NCBI GenBank assembly: GCA_965219455.1
Contig: OZ244744.1
Location: 3,584,001-3,648,000 of the forward strand
Length of the DNA stretch: 64,000 nucleotides
Origin: Candidatus Latescibacterota bacterium
Lineage (GTDB): Bacteria; Latescibacterota; UBA2968; GCA-2709665
Direction: 5' to 3'
Shown: piece by piece, positions 29,399 through 41,200 of the stretch
Numbering within the stretch: position 1 is the stretch's first letter
Layout: each line of letters opens with the position of its first letter
Notes under the pieces: model-generated
The model's database searches: none
Seen by the model: the letters and a program-made list of their open reading frames with translations, nothing else
What the model was told of the DNA's origin: nothing
Translations under genes and position numbers: made by a program

Positions 29399-30454
29399 TC
29401 ATGCTTTTGGATCAAGAACATTGTATTCTGTGTCGATGCGGCGATACCAGAGCGGAAAGCCGAATTGATCACGAAGAAGGCGCAGGTAAGCTCTACTGTC
29501 CGAATCCAATTCCGCTTCGCCGACCACGATCATTTCGCTTGCGCGGTCATCCGAAGGCCAGTGGCAGTATTCGATAAGTTAGCCCAACGCGGCACGTACG
29601 CACGACCGAACGGTGGAGGCAACCTTCACTTCATAGAATGTCTCTTTGCCGTTGCGTCGGACGACGCCATCGACTCTGACCCCCAACTCGAGAGGACGCT
29701 CCATCCGGACGTTTTTGTCACCCGCTTCCCGGCACAGGTGCTTATACAACGCCAACTGGAGTGTGTTATGCCGCAACGCCACATCTACCGTCTGTCCAGT
29801 TTGGCGAGCGGCAGTTCTCTCTATGAAGGCCGGGCACCCCGGAGTGAAATCCGGCTGGATCATGTACCGCGTTCTATGGTCTGCTCCTTCAACATGCAGA
29901 TATAGTGGAAGTAAACGGTCAAACGCAGAAAGAATGTCGCCGACATTCACCCGATCCTGTGCAACTCTTCTGCCTAACATGATGAAAATACCCGGTTTTA
30001 TCAATTCATCCCCAATTGAACCAACTGGTCGATCCTCGCTTCGTGGTCCCTTATTTCCCTTTGTCTTTTTGTAGTGCCACATTGAAAAACCGGCGAAATC
30101 CTCGTGATGTTCATTCACATAACTGTTGAATCGTCGAATCTTAGGGAACAACGGATCAATCTTCGGAAGCCTCTGGCTCAACTCAAGTGAAAATGCAATA
30201 CCGTATCGAATCATTTCGACATCATGGATCAGTTCTTGCCCGATGTTGAACTGTATTTCATCTCTACCGCCCAGATGAAATGCGTACCAATGCCCGTCCT
30301 TATTCACTCTGATACTCTTTTTCCCGAATATACCTCTGCGGGGCGCACGCTTTAGTCCACGTAGACGTTTCCGTATCATTTGAAGACTTCCAATCTCGAA
30401 ATCATCATCGATAGCGTGGCGATTTAGTTCATCGGCAAGCTCAGAAATCTTCAT
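29399..30454 (-). pseudogene. PD-(D/E)XK nuclease-domain protein interrupted by one in-frame TAA (29579-29581)
   Basis: HNTLQ...RVDGVV...FYEVK...VRAALG*LIEYCHWP...AYLRLLRDQFGFPLWYRRID...KA*; the frame continues to 29399. Confidence 0.78.
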
Positions 30455-30737
30455 ACTTCCTCCGTTCCCATCTGGATTGGTCTGAAAAGATGTGATTCGT
30501 GCCAGCGATAGCTCGATTTGTAAATATCAGGATGTCGGAACTCAAGGTAAAGCCTCTCGGCGTAAGGAATCCTGCTACACTCGAGAACACGCTCGACACG
30601 ACCGGCTGTCGCTACCGTGTTATCAACGTCGTGGATCCTGTGTGACGGGCAGCGTGCCAACGGTCTAGGTACAATTGTGCCGTCCATTTCGTGGTCACGG
30701 AATTTTCAAGCCGGTCGCCTTTTTCTTATGTTCATAA

Positions 30738-33700
30738 TTATCGGTCTTCCAGTCGCAACAGATCATCTGCGCCCAGGATGTTCTTCTCAGCCATCTTGTC
30801 AATCACGTCGAGGATCCTCTCGCGTAGATCCGGTAGGTCCTCGGAGTTTCTGTACTCCCGAATTAAAAGCTTCTCTATGCCGTAGTAGGAATCTCGATCT
30901 GCATCTCCGCAATTCCGCGCAATGACTTCGCTCGCTTCCAGCACAAGCTCCGTTACGTCGTGCGAAGTCTTTTCCAGGTATCTGATGATCTCATCGGCGT
31001 TGTCCGCGTCGTCCGTGAACGCTGCCGATCGGATGAAAGCTTCCGCCAAGTCTGAGAAAGCCGCAATTTCATTCTCAGGTATCCCCCGGAATACCTCTGC
31101 GGCAGCGTTCCGGACCTCCAGGACATCGTGTGAGAAAAGCTGACTGAGTTCTGATATTGCCATAGTGCGATTTTCCGTATCCGCAACATTCTCACAGAGG
31201 ATCGAAGCCCACAGTTTTGAGTGGGCGGGCGACCGCCGGTCAATGCCTTGGAACCGGTTTTTGGTGTTGCCCTGCCTCAGTCGTTCTGCAAGCGCCCACC
31301 ATACTCCGACCAGATGCAACGTGCGATCCGGTGAGCCAATCAACCTTTCCATCAACTCCAGAGCGAGGTCCGGTAAATCACGTTCTATGACATAAAAGAG
31401 TTCGACGCCTGCGTTTGTTGCAAGTGGCTGGAGAGCAGTAATCTCGTCACGAATGCCGGCTATCGGTTTTGTGAGACGCTTAAGGCATACCCAGAACCGA
31501 TCCCGATCATGGCGGTATAGTGGAATGAGAGCGTACAGCATCATCGTCCGCACCGACGTCGAGATCTCTGCGGCTGACTGGCACTCGACGAGAGTCCATA
31601 AATCGGCCGCGCGATCAGCTTGGTGGGCCACAACTTGCCCCAATACTTGCCACGCCACACCGCGAACGGAATCGATCCCGTTTTGGTAAATATGTCTATT
31701 TGCTTGAACCAGATCATCGATTAAGGCGAATTCGCAGGGATCTTCGTTTTCGTTTCGCGTGAATTCATCACATACATCTCCGTGCGTCGCGTACCAGAGC
31801 AACGCTTGGAAGACGTTATCATCTCGCGCGCAAGAAGGGTGGCGTTCGATAATGTGGACGATCTGCATTCCGAATCGCTGTTCCGGATAGGCGTGAGCGA
31901 CCTGGAGGGCCGCCATTGTGGCGCCCTCATCCACCTGTTCCGCCGCTGCAAGTCCTTGAAGTAGATGCTGGCCATTTATAGGATTGGCACATCGGGGCAA
32001 CCGGAGAAAGAGCCGGGCGAACCGCCCTGGGTCGGCCCTGGTAACGACTCCCAATTCTCGAGCGAGTTCAAAAGTCCCGCCGACGATTGTTTCGTTTTCC
32101 GGCTCTATATGAGCGTTATGTCGGTGATATTTTTTGATTGCAGCAAGCCATTGGTCGTCTGACATCTTTGTCACCGCTGACTGTGGGACCGGCGACTCGA
32201 TAGCGTCACTGCTTTTCTTATCTGATTTCGGAACCCTTACTGAAGAAAACTTCCGCTGCAATTCTGCCAATCGCTTCGCGCCGAGAGAGGAAAGCAGGTC
32301 ACTCCCAATAGTCTCCAATATGTGCCATTGTTCTTGTCCGGAACGTCCGAGCGATTTCAATGCGTTGCATTTTGTTACGAAACAGGATTTGTCCTCGCCG
32401 TTCGACCGGATCATACCCATAATCTGGGTCGCTTCCTCCAACTCGGGGTGATGATTCAGAATGCGTTCCTCCACGATTTGAATGGAATCGCGGTTCACCC
32501 TGACCACGGATCGGGCTGCGGTGGCGAATGAATTCCATTCGGCATGCTCATAGCCTGCCTTGAAGAGATGTGGCACGTCGAGTAAACCCTCAAAGCGATG
32601 TCCCAAGCCGTCTGGATTAGCTCTTATGGTCTCGAGGTGTAAATGCGTCATTACCTTGTGGAGTTTCGGGTCAATTTTACCGAGACGAACTTCCGCCTCG
32701 TTGGGAGACGTAGCAGCGAGATTGCAGAAAGCTTTCCGATAAAGCGACAACAAAGCGTCGGGTCCACCCTCGGCGTCAGGATCGTGGCGAATTCGGATAC
32801 GGCTGCTGTATGAATCATCGTTCGAATCAATCTCAGCGGACTCTACGAGCATTGGAATCATCGCATCCAGAAAGACCGCTGGCGTAATATTGACCACTTT
32901 CGACATTCCGCTAACGTTGCCTACCGGTCTTGACACGTATTTGAACGGATGGCTGCCAGGGTTCTCCTTGAACCATTGGGCGAAGAGTTGCTTGACGACT
33001 CCCATTGCCATCTCAGGTTCGGTTTCCCAAAGGGGACGCAGAAGGCTCATGCGGCCCATTAGATCGTCTTGCTGGGAACCTCTATCGGATCGGGAACAGA
33101 TCACGTCGCACAGCAGAGCAGTGAGCGTCGGATCCTTTGGAATCCGGCGCCATCGTTGGAACCATACCGTAAGCTCACCAGTTCGCGCTGGGTCATCGCG
33201 CCACCATCGCCTTAAGACCAATGCGACCGCACCTGGACGGTCGCGGGAGATATCAGACAGCCACCCGAGCATACAATGGCGCCTTGGACTCGACGCTCCC
33301 TCCAGTATGCGAGACAGTTGGCCGCCTTCGTCTAGAAGATCAAACCACGCGTCTGAAACGAACAGAGCCCTGCGTATCAGGATGGGGAACTCTTCAGCGT
33401 CGTCGTCAAGCGACTGGATGATATTCAACTCGTCAAGTGTCGCATCATTGACGGTAGTAAGCCAGTACGATACGGCAAGTTTGACGTGAAGTCGGACTTT
33501 GCAATTGGTCAAGACTTCGGCAAGAGTTCTTAGGTAGCGAGGCCTATCAGTGTCACGCATAGAGTTCAGGATCTGACGCACCTGGGTGCGCCGGAAGAGA
33601 TGCTGCTCCGTGGAAGTTAGGAATTCAATGATATCCTGATTGGAGCGTACGAAGGAGCGTGCAAAAATGAAATCAAAAAAGCTCTCATGAAAAAACGCCA

Positions 33701-35306
33701 GCCGATGTTGCTCGGTGACGATTAACCCTTCCGAGGACAGCAAGTCTTTTGCGCCGTCGAATTCATTGAGGACAGCGTCGGGGCAACTCAACTCCTGCTT
33801 TTCGCTCATCCATTCAGCCATCGCACATAACGGAGCCTGGACGTTCCAGGCGATATTTCGGTCTCTTCTGAGATCGCGAGTTTTCTTTTCGAGCAGCCCT
33901 CGCATCAGTGCGGTACCGGTCGTGAAACCCAATGTCGGATCGCCAATTTCAAGAAATACGGCCAAATGTAGAGGCAGACATAACAATCGTCTCTCGCTTC
34001 TTGTGAAGCGTTCGGCTGAAACTCCGTTATGTGTAAGAATTGGCGCAACATCATCGTCCCACGAGAGGGGCTTAACTTCCACCCGTTTAGACTGGCCTTC
34101 CTGTTCTAACTCGCGATATTGCGGGTCGTTTTCGAGATCGAAGCTGCGACACACCAGAAGGCACCGGACGTCTCCGTATTGCCGGGTCTCCCGAAACAGT
34201 TCGAAAAGGATGTCCTTTATAGCGCTCGTTCTTCCGGAAACTTCGCTGACAGCATCAATCTGGTCAATAATCAGGACGGAAGTCTTCCCCTCAGAGAGGT
34301 TTTCCAACGCACTTACAGGGCTCTCGTCACGGTTCAGAACGGCAGTACTAAGTTCCTTGATTGACTGACAGGAAAGGTGACGATCAATCCTGAACGCAAG
34401 GTGAGGGACCGCGCTGTCCGTCAAGCCGGCCACGACTTCCCGCACGACACCGGACTTGCCGCAGCCAGCCTCCCCCGTCACGAGGATCAGTGACGGACCG
34501 TCTGGTGACTGCAATTCGACAAGAACGTCTTTGGCTTCGGCTCTCGGAATTTGTCCGCCCGCTACGCCGAATGGCGTGTAGCTATTTAGATATCGGTGGT
34601 TTGCTGCGTCAACGTCTTCGCGAAGTGTAGGATCGAGGGAGCCGGGACGAAACGTGAACGGGCTACTTGTGCTGATCCATTTGCGAGCGACTTCGGTTCT
34701 GATCGGAACATTCAGGTTGTTGACCAGATAATTCGAAAGAGAGGCAAAGATATCTGCATTGCCCTTGAGCAAGTGCCGACCGTACCATTCGATTGCTTCC
34801 GCTATCGATTGTTCGGACTCCGTTCGGAACTCGCATCGGCGCAGCCATCCGAAGCCAACCTTATCGTCGACATCCCACATCTGCAACAGATCATCGAAAG
34901 CCTTACCTTCCTCTTTCGCGATTGCTCCCCGAAACTCGTGTAGATCATTCGCCATCCTCGCCTTGTTGCAGAGTTCCCGCAATTGTCGGGCAGGGTCTTG
35001 AGAGACGAATATACATTTGGCAGTGGCATCGGATGAAAGGCGACTCTTGAATGCCTCGATCAAACCCTCTCTGTAGAGGGCGGTCGGCGTCCAGTTACCT
35101 CTCGGGGCGTTAATTTTGGTCTGATGCCACTCCACGAGGTCCGGTCGATGGAGGGCGAACTCGAACCCGCGAAATTCTCCTGGTACACCCTCGTATCGGA
35201 TCGCGTTCGCCTTGCCATCAATCACATTGAGAAACTTGCGAACCGTCCACTTGCGTTCGTATTCGTTTCCCAGTTTATTTGCAAAACCGCCGCGAAACGC
35301 CATCAT
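30738..35306 (-). CDS. AVAST/Avs-like STAND NTPase with N-terminal PD-(D/E)XK-like nuclease
   Basis: 1522 aa; GG.ANKLGNEYE...GFEF...EWHQTK; Walker A GEAGCGKS; Walker B LIIDQID; FFHESFFD; long helical C-terminus. Confidence 0.78.
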   Translation of the reverse strand: MMAFRGGFANKLGNEYERKWTVRKFLNVIDGKANAIRYEGVPGEFRGFEFALHRPDLVEWHQTKINAPRGNWTPTALYREGLIEAFKSRLSSDATAKCIFVSQDPARQLRELCNKARMANDLHEFRGAIAKEEGKAFDDLLQMWDVDDKVGFGWLRRCEFRTESEQSIAEAIEWYGRHLLKGNADIFASLSNYLVNNLNVPIRTEVARKWISTSSPFTFRPGSLDPTLREDVDAANHRYLNSYTPFGVAGGQIPRAEAKDVLVELQSPDGPSLILVTGEAGCGKSGVVREVVAGLTDSAVPHLAFRIDRHLSCQSIKELSTAVLNRDESPVSALENLSEGKTSVLIIDQIDAVSEVSGRTSAIKDILFELFRETRQYGDVRCLLVCRSFDLENDPQYRELEQEGQSKRVEVKPLSWDDDVAPILTHNGVSAERFTRSERRLLCLPLHLAVFLEIGDPTLGFTTGTALMRGLLEKKTRDLRRDRNIAWNVQAPLCAMAEWMSEKQELSCPDAVLNEFDGAKDLLSSEGLIVTEQHRLAFFHESFFDFIFARSFVRSNQDIIEFLTSTEQHLFRRTQVRQILNSMRDTDRPRYLRTLAEVLTNCKVRLHVKLAVSYWLTTVNDATLDELNIIQSLDDDAEEFPILIRRALFVSDAWFDLLDEGGQLSRILEGASSPRRHCMLGWLSDISRDRPGAVALVLRRWWRDDPARTGELTVWFQRWRRIPKDPTLTALLCDVICSRSDRGSQQDDLMGRMSLLRPLWETEPEMAMGVVKQLFAQWFKENPGSHPFKYVSRPVGNVSGMSKVVNITPAVFLDAMIPMLVESAEIDSNDDSYSSRIRIRHDPDAEGGPDALLSLYRKAFCNLAATSPNEAEVRLGKIDPKLHKVMTHLHLETIRANPDGLGHRFEGLLDVPHLFKAGYEHAEWNSFATAARSVVRVNRDSIQIVEERILNHHPELEEATQIMGMIRSNGEDKSCFVTKCNALKSLGRSGQEQWHILETIGSDLLSSLGAKRLAELQRKFSSVRVPKSDKKSSDAIESPVPQSAVTKMSDDQWLAAIKKYHRHNAHIEPENETIVGGTFELARELGVVTRADPGRFARLFLRLPRCANPINGQHLLQGLAAAEQVDEGATMAALQVAHAYPEQRFGMQIVHIIERHPSCARDDNVFQALLWYATHGDVCDEFTRNENEDPCEFALIDDLVQANRHIYQNGIDSVRGVAWQVLGQVVAHQADRAADLWTLVECQSAAEISTSVRTMMLYALIPLYRHDRDRFWVCLKRLTKPIAGIRDEITALQPLATNAGVELFYVIERDLPDLALELMERLIGSPDRTLHLVGVWWALAERLRQGNTKNRFQGIDRRSPAHSKLWASILCENVADTENRTMAISELSQLFSHDVLEVRNAAAEVFRGIPENEIAAFSDLAEAFIRSAAFTDDADNADEIIRYLEKTSHDVTELVLEASEVIARNCGDADRDSYYGIEKLLIREYRNSEDLPDLRERILDVIDKMAEKNILGADDLLRLEDR

Positions 35307-35472
35307 GCTTCCTCATCGAAATCAATGACTCCGCCGGCACGGAAAACGCATCAGTCAGTTGACGTGTGTCAGAAAACTGTTTGGGCGTCGACGCCACCAA
35401 AGTTCTATATTCCAAGACAGCAATAATGGTCCAGATCGAACAGACCCTGTAAACTGGTTAAATTTAGTATTG

Positions 35473-36768
35473 TCAATCGCTTATAAAGAATTCTTCCCCC
35501 TCAAAGTCCTTCCCCAACCAGTTCCAGAAATCTTGATTGAATATCGACAAAAGTCTTGAGGGTATCTCTTCGACATCCAAAGCATATCTCGGGAATTTTA
35601 TATTCGATATCTTCGGGGCGAGCTTATCTACCTCCCTATAATCTCGGTGAGCTTCTGCCATTGTAATCATCGCCTCTAAATTTCGATTATTGGGGTACCC
35701 AACCCGACCTGGTTTCCCTACTGCGCAAATCTCCACGTCTAGACCGAATTCCGCCATAGGTGCCGTTGACTGGCTTCGGATATGGTTCGCCCAAGCTAAG
35801 GTATTGGCGAACAGAACGAGGGGTAGATCTGGACCGAGAAGCGATACCTGACTGCATGCCGCAAAACCTAATTCAAGCAGACCGTCACAATGAAGTTCCT
35901 GATATCCTATGTGCGCATGCTCATTTCCAGACAGTTGAATATCGGCTCTGGCACCACGAAGAATCGGCCTCCAATTCGTAGGCGGAAATCCGTCTAGGCT
36001 CTTAAGGCGGCGACTGGATCCAACTTCGGATACTGTGCGCCACTGTGACCACAGATCATCGATTATCTTACCTTGTCGATAGACGCGATCGAACCGGAGT
36101 TCCTCTCCGACTGGAAGGGCAGTAAACCGCAATCCGAACGCATCGCCGGGGGTTGCCAACAAATCAAATTCACGCCTAAAGCGCTCAGATCGTTCCTTAA
36201 GTCGTTTATCAAAGCGTTCCATTCCCCTTGATACATTCAGTGTCATATCCTGGATCTCCCGCATCGTCATACTTTCACATCGATCTCCTTGGCGAACTGT
36301 ACATTTGAGAGTTCCCTTAACACGATGTGGCGCGAGCCTTGATCGCCCAACGCGAATTATAACGACACCGCTTTCGCTGTCAGTTGGAATTGCGAACACT
36401 TCCAGATTCGGAATTTGCGGTTCCACACAATCTCGAAACTTCAGTTTGAAGCGTTCGACCAACTCGAAGCATCGCGGGACCGGCGTTATTTCAGCCGCGA
36501 CTGGAGGTTTGGATTCGGACTCTCTGATACCGATCAATAGAGCGCCACCATGAGCATTTGCAAACGCGACGGCCTCCTCAAGTACCTCGTCTCTGGCTCC
36601 TTCACCGACCTCATTCTTCCCGAGGATCCACGGATCCGGTGAATTTTTCCTCCTTCGCAAGCTTTCTTTGAATTCAATCTGCTCGCCCTCCGGAACTTGC
36701 GTTTCGATGAGCGCCTTGATGTCATTCATGCCAATTTGATCGGCAGGTTTGGAAATTACGTTAAACAT
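35473..36768 (-). CDS. Schlafen AlbA_2 domain protein
   Basis: VPEGEQIEFKE, AFANAHGGALLIGIRE, VVIIRV..S...PH, RQGDRCESMT. Confidence 0.88.
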   Translation of the reverse strand: MFNVISKPADQIGMNDIKALIETQVPEGEQIEFKESLRRRKNSPDPWILGKNEVGEGARDEVLEEAVAFANAHGGALLIGIRESESKPPVAAEITPVPRCFELVERFKLKFRDCVEPQIPNLEVFAIPTDSESGVVIIRVGRSRLAPHRVKGTLKCTVRQGDRCESMTMREIQDMTLNVSRGMERFDKRLKERSERFRREFDLLATPGDAFGLRFTALPVGEELRFDRVYRQGKIIDDLWSQWRTVSEVGSSRRLKSLDGFPPTNWRPILRGARADIQLSGNEHAHIGYQELHCDGLLELGFAACSQVSLLGPDLPLVLFANTLAWANHIRSQSTAPMAEFGLDVEICAVGKPGRVGYPNNRNLEAMITMAEAHRDYREVDKLAPKISNIKFPRYALDVEEIPSRLLSIFNQDFWNWLGKDFEGEEFFISD

Positions 36769-36833
36769 TGATCTTCTACCTTATGTCGTATCGATGCCAG
36801 TTTCGTAATATCATTGCCCAGTTATAATTCAGT

Positions 36834-38261
36834 CTACCTGAAGTTGTACCAGTCAGGGTCAAGAGGCTGACCACGCCAGGAGAGAGGCTTGCCGCTAACG
36901 GAGTCGCGGGTCCCCTCAAGGTGCGGCGGGCGTACGGGGTCGGCTTGCGCCTGGTCAAGTTGGTCCTGAGTCAAGGCTGTTTCGGATCTGATAGAGGATC
37001 CCTTGGAAAAATCTGCACCACTAAGGTTTGCCCGTTCCAAATTTGCGCCCGATAGATTTGCACCACTCAGCTCTGCAGCACTCAAATTCGCGGCCCTCAG
37101 ATCTGCCCTGCTTAGATTCGCATTTGTGAGTTTCACCTGAATTAGCTTAGCCGCAGCCAGTTGCGCCCCTGTAAGGTCCGCCCCAACCATGTTTGCTCCT
37201 CTCAGGTCCGCTCCCTCCAAAAGAACCCCTACCAATTTCGAGGTGAACAGCTTCGTACCCCACAGGTTTTGGCTAGCCAAATCGACCGGCCCCAGTTCGG
37301 CGTTGCGCAAATCTGCACCCGTCAGGTTTGCACCGCTTAAGTTCACGCGTCTCATATCCGCTTTGCGGAGATCCACACCGGGCAAATATGCAGCGCTCAA
37401 ATCAACCCCCGGCATTGATACATTTGAGAACTGGGCGCTCCAAAGCCTTATCCGACACAGATTGGCTTTGGTGAAGTCTATATTTGAGAAGTTCACATGT
37501 TGAAGAGTAAGTCCACCCAGTGAGACATCAGCCAGATTCAGCCTAAAATCGTATTCTATCTCCAGAGCTATTTGTTCTTCGCTCCGTTCGGCGATTAACC
37601 TCATAACCTCTTCCACGTCCTTTGCCAGCCTGGGCGGACGCGGAATCGTCCCATTGACCGCCAGGTAAAAATCGTACGAAGATTGCTGCGCGGGATTCTC
37701 GGCAATATCGCGACTCTCTTCCTTTGTCTTTAATGATGCCGATTGGTCCGTATTCTCGTTTCTTCCTGCTCCCGAATCCACTAAAGCGTCGCATTTTTCC
37801 GGCGCCTCACCGGTAGTCGTCTGGTCCACCACGAACGCCGAGAAAAGTTGGATGACTTGCAGATGAAAGACCTCCCGATATTCCCTGGCAAGACGTCCCA
37901 GCGCGTAAATTCCGCCGAGGCGAACCGACCGGATTTCGGGATGGCCAAGCATTTCAGCGCCCTTGTGGAAGCGCTCGTTCAACATATTTTGAAGCGCTAA
38001 TTCGGACTGGCGCTGCGCAGCGTCGGCTTGGCGCTCAGCAATGATACTGCGCCAGATTCCAAGCGGAAGAGCAACCGCTGCGGCAATGACTAGACCCAGA
38101 TTACGGAGGGTCGCGCTAGCTGATTCGCTACCGGACAGCCAACACGGAAACAAAACCCAGATGGTGATTCCTGCAGCGAGCAGCAATAACGTCCACGCTA
38201 CGATCCACCACTTTGCCGAAGCTGGTTTAATGAAATGTTGCAGCCATCCGAATCGAATCAT
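36834..38261 (-). CDS. Membrane-anchored pentapeptide repeat protein
   Basis: Two N-terminal TM helices; ERFHKGAEMLG...VRLGGIYALGRLA; many A(D/N)L.. pentapeptides. Confidence 0.9.
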   Translation of the reverse strand: MIRFGWLQHFIKPASAKWWIVAWTLLLLAAGITIWVLFPCWLSGSESASATLRNLGLVIAAAVALPLGIWRSIIAERQADAAQRQSELALQNMLNERFHKGAEMLGHPEIRSVRLGGIYALGRLAREYREVFHLQVIQLFSAFVVDQTTTGEAPEKCDALVDSGAGRNENTDQSASLKTKEESRDIAENPAQQSSYDFYLAVNGTIPRPPRLAKDVEEVMRLIAERSEEQIALEIEYDFRLNLADVSLGGLTLQHVNFSNIDFTKANLCRIRLWSAQFSNVSMPGVDLSAAYLPGVDLRKADMRRVNLSGANLTGADLRNAELGPVDLASQNLWGTKLFTSKLVGVLLEGADLRGANMVGADLTGAQLAAAKLIQVKLTNANLSRADLRAANLSAAELSGANLSGANLERANLSGADFSKGSSIRSETALTQDQLDQAQADPVRPPHLEGTRDSVSGKPLSWRGQPLDPDWYNFR

Positions 38262-41200
38262 GCGGTGGCCTCATTTGAACTCGCTTGAAACGCCTCCGGC
38301 AACCCCTCAACTATGTGCACGGTCTCGACGCTAACGTGCACGATCCTGCGAACGGCTGCAACCAGGTCTCGCGGATCGTCGAACCAGCCATTGGGGTCGT
38401 TGACGATGCCGCTTGTCGCGTCGCGCTTTATCCGGTAGCGGTCGATTAACCACTCGAGAGGTGTCCGCCCGTTGACCTGGTATCGATGCGGCTCCGCTGG
38501 AATGCCGCGCAGGCTCACATGCTCGTTGATACGCAGAACCGTCTTTTCATCATCTTCGAATTTCATCGCTCGCTCGCCCAAACGGAGATGCTGTGTTCGC
38601 GGCTCGCCGGGTTGAGAAAACACGATGTCGAGCGGATATTCTTCGCATGTTTCATAATTGAGATGTAATTCCGTTAGCCTGCGCCCTGCCTCCGAAAATG
38701 CATGAAAGTCGGGAGCGAAGGGAATACGCGGCAGTTCCTTTGCCAGATCGTTCTCGAATTGCTCGCGGTAGCCCGAATGATGGAGTATGCCGTATACGTA
38801 GTCGAAAATTGCATCCTTGCTGATGAATCCGTCTTTATAATGCACACGAAATGCGTCGAGCGCTGTATCAGCAATATTGTCAATGTGCTCAACACCCTGG
38901 CGATTGTATTGAAGGCCGCCATCTGTGCTCGCATACCGGAAACGAGGGAAGCACTGCCCCTTCGATATCAGTTCAAGGTCCGGCATCATATCGACGACCA
39001 GGGTTGAGAACGGCTTGGTCGAGCCCACGCCAGGAACGCAGATTGCACGGTTCCGATCGTCAGCTGTCGGGAATATTTCCCCCGTCAGCGCTGGACGTTG
39101 AGCGAACGCCGTGTCGGCGTAGAGATGCTGTTTAACGAACGGTCGAAAAGCGACTCCACGAACGTAGCTTTTTGAGAATTTTGCTGGTGAATTCCGATAT
39201 AGTCGTCCCTTTAGCCTCTCGTCCCAATGCAGATTTGAGGAACAGAGCCTCACGATTTCATCAATCGTATAATTGGGGCGCTCTTCACAGACCAGAATCG
39301 CATCCTGATAGTTGCGGACCATTGAACGGGCATTCTCAATGCACCCATCGAATGCAAAGTTGTAGACATAGGCGTCACGCCCAGTCTTGTAGCCGTTGCT
39401 GAATAGCTTGAAGATCGCTTCGGCTCCAACCTTTCCCGCCTTTGCATCCTTTGTACCCATTGGATAGAGCTTCTGAAACGCCTCGTCGCGCTGGCCGATC
39501 CAGTCGTGATGTCGGTCTGGTGTGATCTCTTGCCAATCTTGGATTCCCGCGATCGAACCCGCATCCCGCAGGTTAGCCAACTTCTCTTCACGGCTGAGAT
39601 AGTTACCAATGTCGCGGTAGAGGATACGACACCCTTCAGGTCCGGCACCTGGGTTCCGAATCAGTATCGTTATGGCCACAGGCGCTCGGGATCCCTGCCC
39701 GAATACCTTTCCGCCCTCCTGGCGCGATCGCTCGCCTTGTGTCCGCTGGTTCCCACGCAGGTTCACCACGTAAACCGAACTGAACTCCTCTGTCAGGCAA
39801 GCGCGGACGCCCGAATCCACGTTTCCGTCGATATACGAACCGTTGGTCACAAAGGCGACGACGCCCTGATCGCCGATTCGGTCCGATGCCCACCGGATCG
39901 CCATTTTGTAGGTGTCGTATAGGCTGTTTTTTAACGTCGCCCTGGAACGTACAGCATAGGTATCTGATACCCGTTGTTCTATCTCTGGATAGTCCACGTT
40001 GGGGTTGTCGTCCGCCGAGCTTCTTTGTCCCGCCGACCATGGCGGATTGCCGACGATGACCTGGATCGGAGTGTTCTGCTGGCGTTCCACGCGCTCGCTG
40101 TTGTCGGGCAGCCAAACCCTTGGAAAGCCTGTCCTGTCCGTATGCAGATTGAATGTATCGGTCAGCACGATGCCGTCGAAGGGCTCATAGGAACTTTCGG
40201 GTCCGCGCCGGCCGTGAAACGCCTCTTCGATATGAATCGCGGCGATGTAATAGGCGAGAACGACGATTTCGTTGGCGTGGAGTTCACTGTGGTACTTCCT
40301 TGAGAGGTCGGAATCACGGATCAGTGCTGACTGTAATAACCGAACCAAAAAGATTCCTGTGCCCGTGAATGGATCCAGGACGTGTACACCCTCATCGCTT
40401 AGCGAACGACCGAATTGCTTGCGTAATACATAATCTGCGCTGTTCAGGATGAAATCCACGATCTCGACCGGCGTGTAGACAATGCCGAGGCGGTCCGCGT
40501 CTTTCTTGAGCGCCGTGGCGAAGAACCTTTCGTAGAGTTCCATCAGCACGCGTTGGCGAGCTTCGCTGTTGTCTAAGCCACGGGCGCGCATACGGACGCT
40601 ATCGTAAAAGCGTACCAGATCCCGGGTTTCATTTTCGAGGCCGAACTCACCGAAGTCCGCCCTTAAGGAATCCAGCGCCTGCGCCACCGGGTTGCCCGAC
40701 GCAAAATCGTAGTGCTCAAACAAAGCCTCAAAGACAGGCCGTGTCAGGATGTGTTGAGCCATCATGTCGATGGCGCTGTCGGTGGTAATCGACTCGTTGA
40801 TCGAGACCTTGAGTTCCTCGTGAAATGCCTCGAACCATTCGCGCAGGGTCTCGTTGCCTGGCTGAGCGAGCAATCGTTCGATTCGCGTTACAATCCTTGA
40901 GAAGATGTCAGCGACGTCCTTCGCCCACGTTTCCCAGTATTTCCGGTCACCGCACTTCTCGACAATCTTGGCGTAGATGGCGCCCGGCGGCAGGTCGAGA
41001 GGTGGAAATGCCAACTCCGGCGCGTCTTCCAGCGCCTCTCCATCGATCCCGTCGCTGAAGATGATCCGGTCGGTCGGAATGTCATTGAGGTCTATCTTGT
41101 TGATCTCGGCGTCGAACCTGTCGTCGTGGGATCGCAACGCGCGCAGTACGCTCCAGACGGCGGCAAACCGCTCGTTATCGTCCAGCGCCGCCGACGGATC

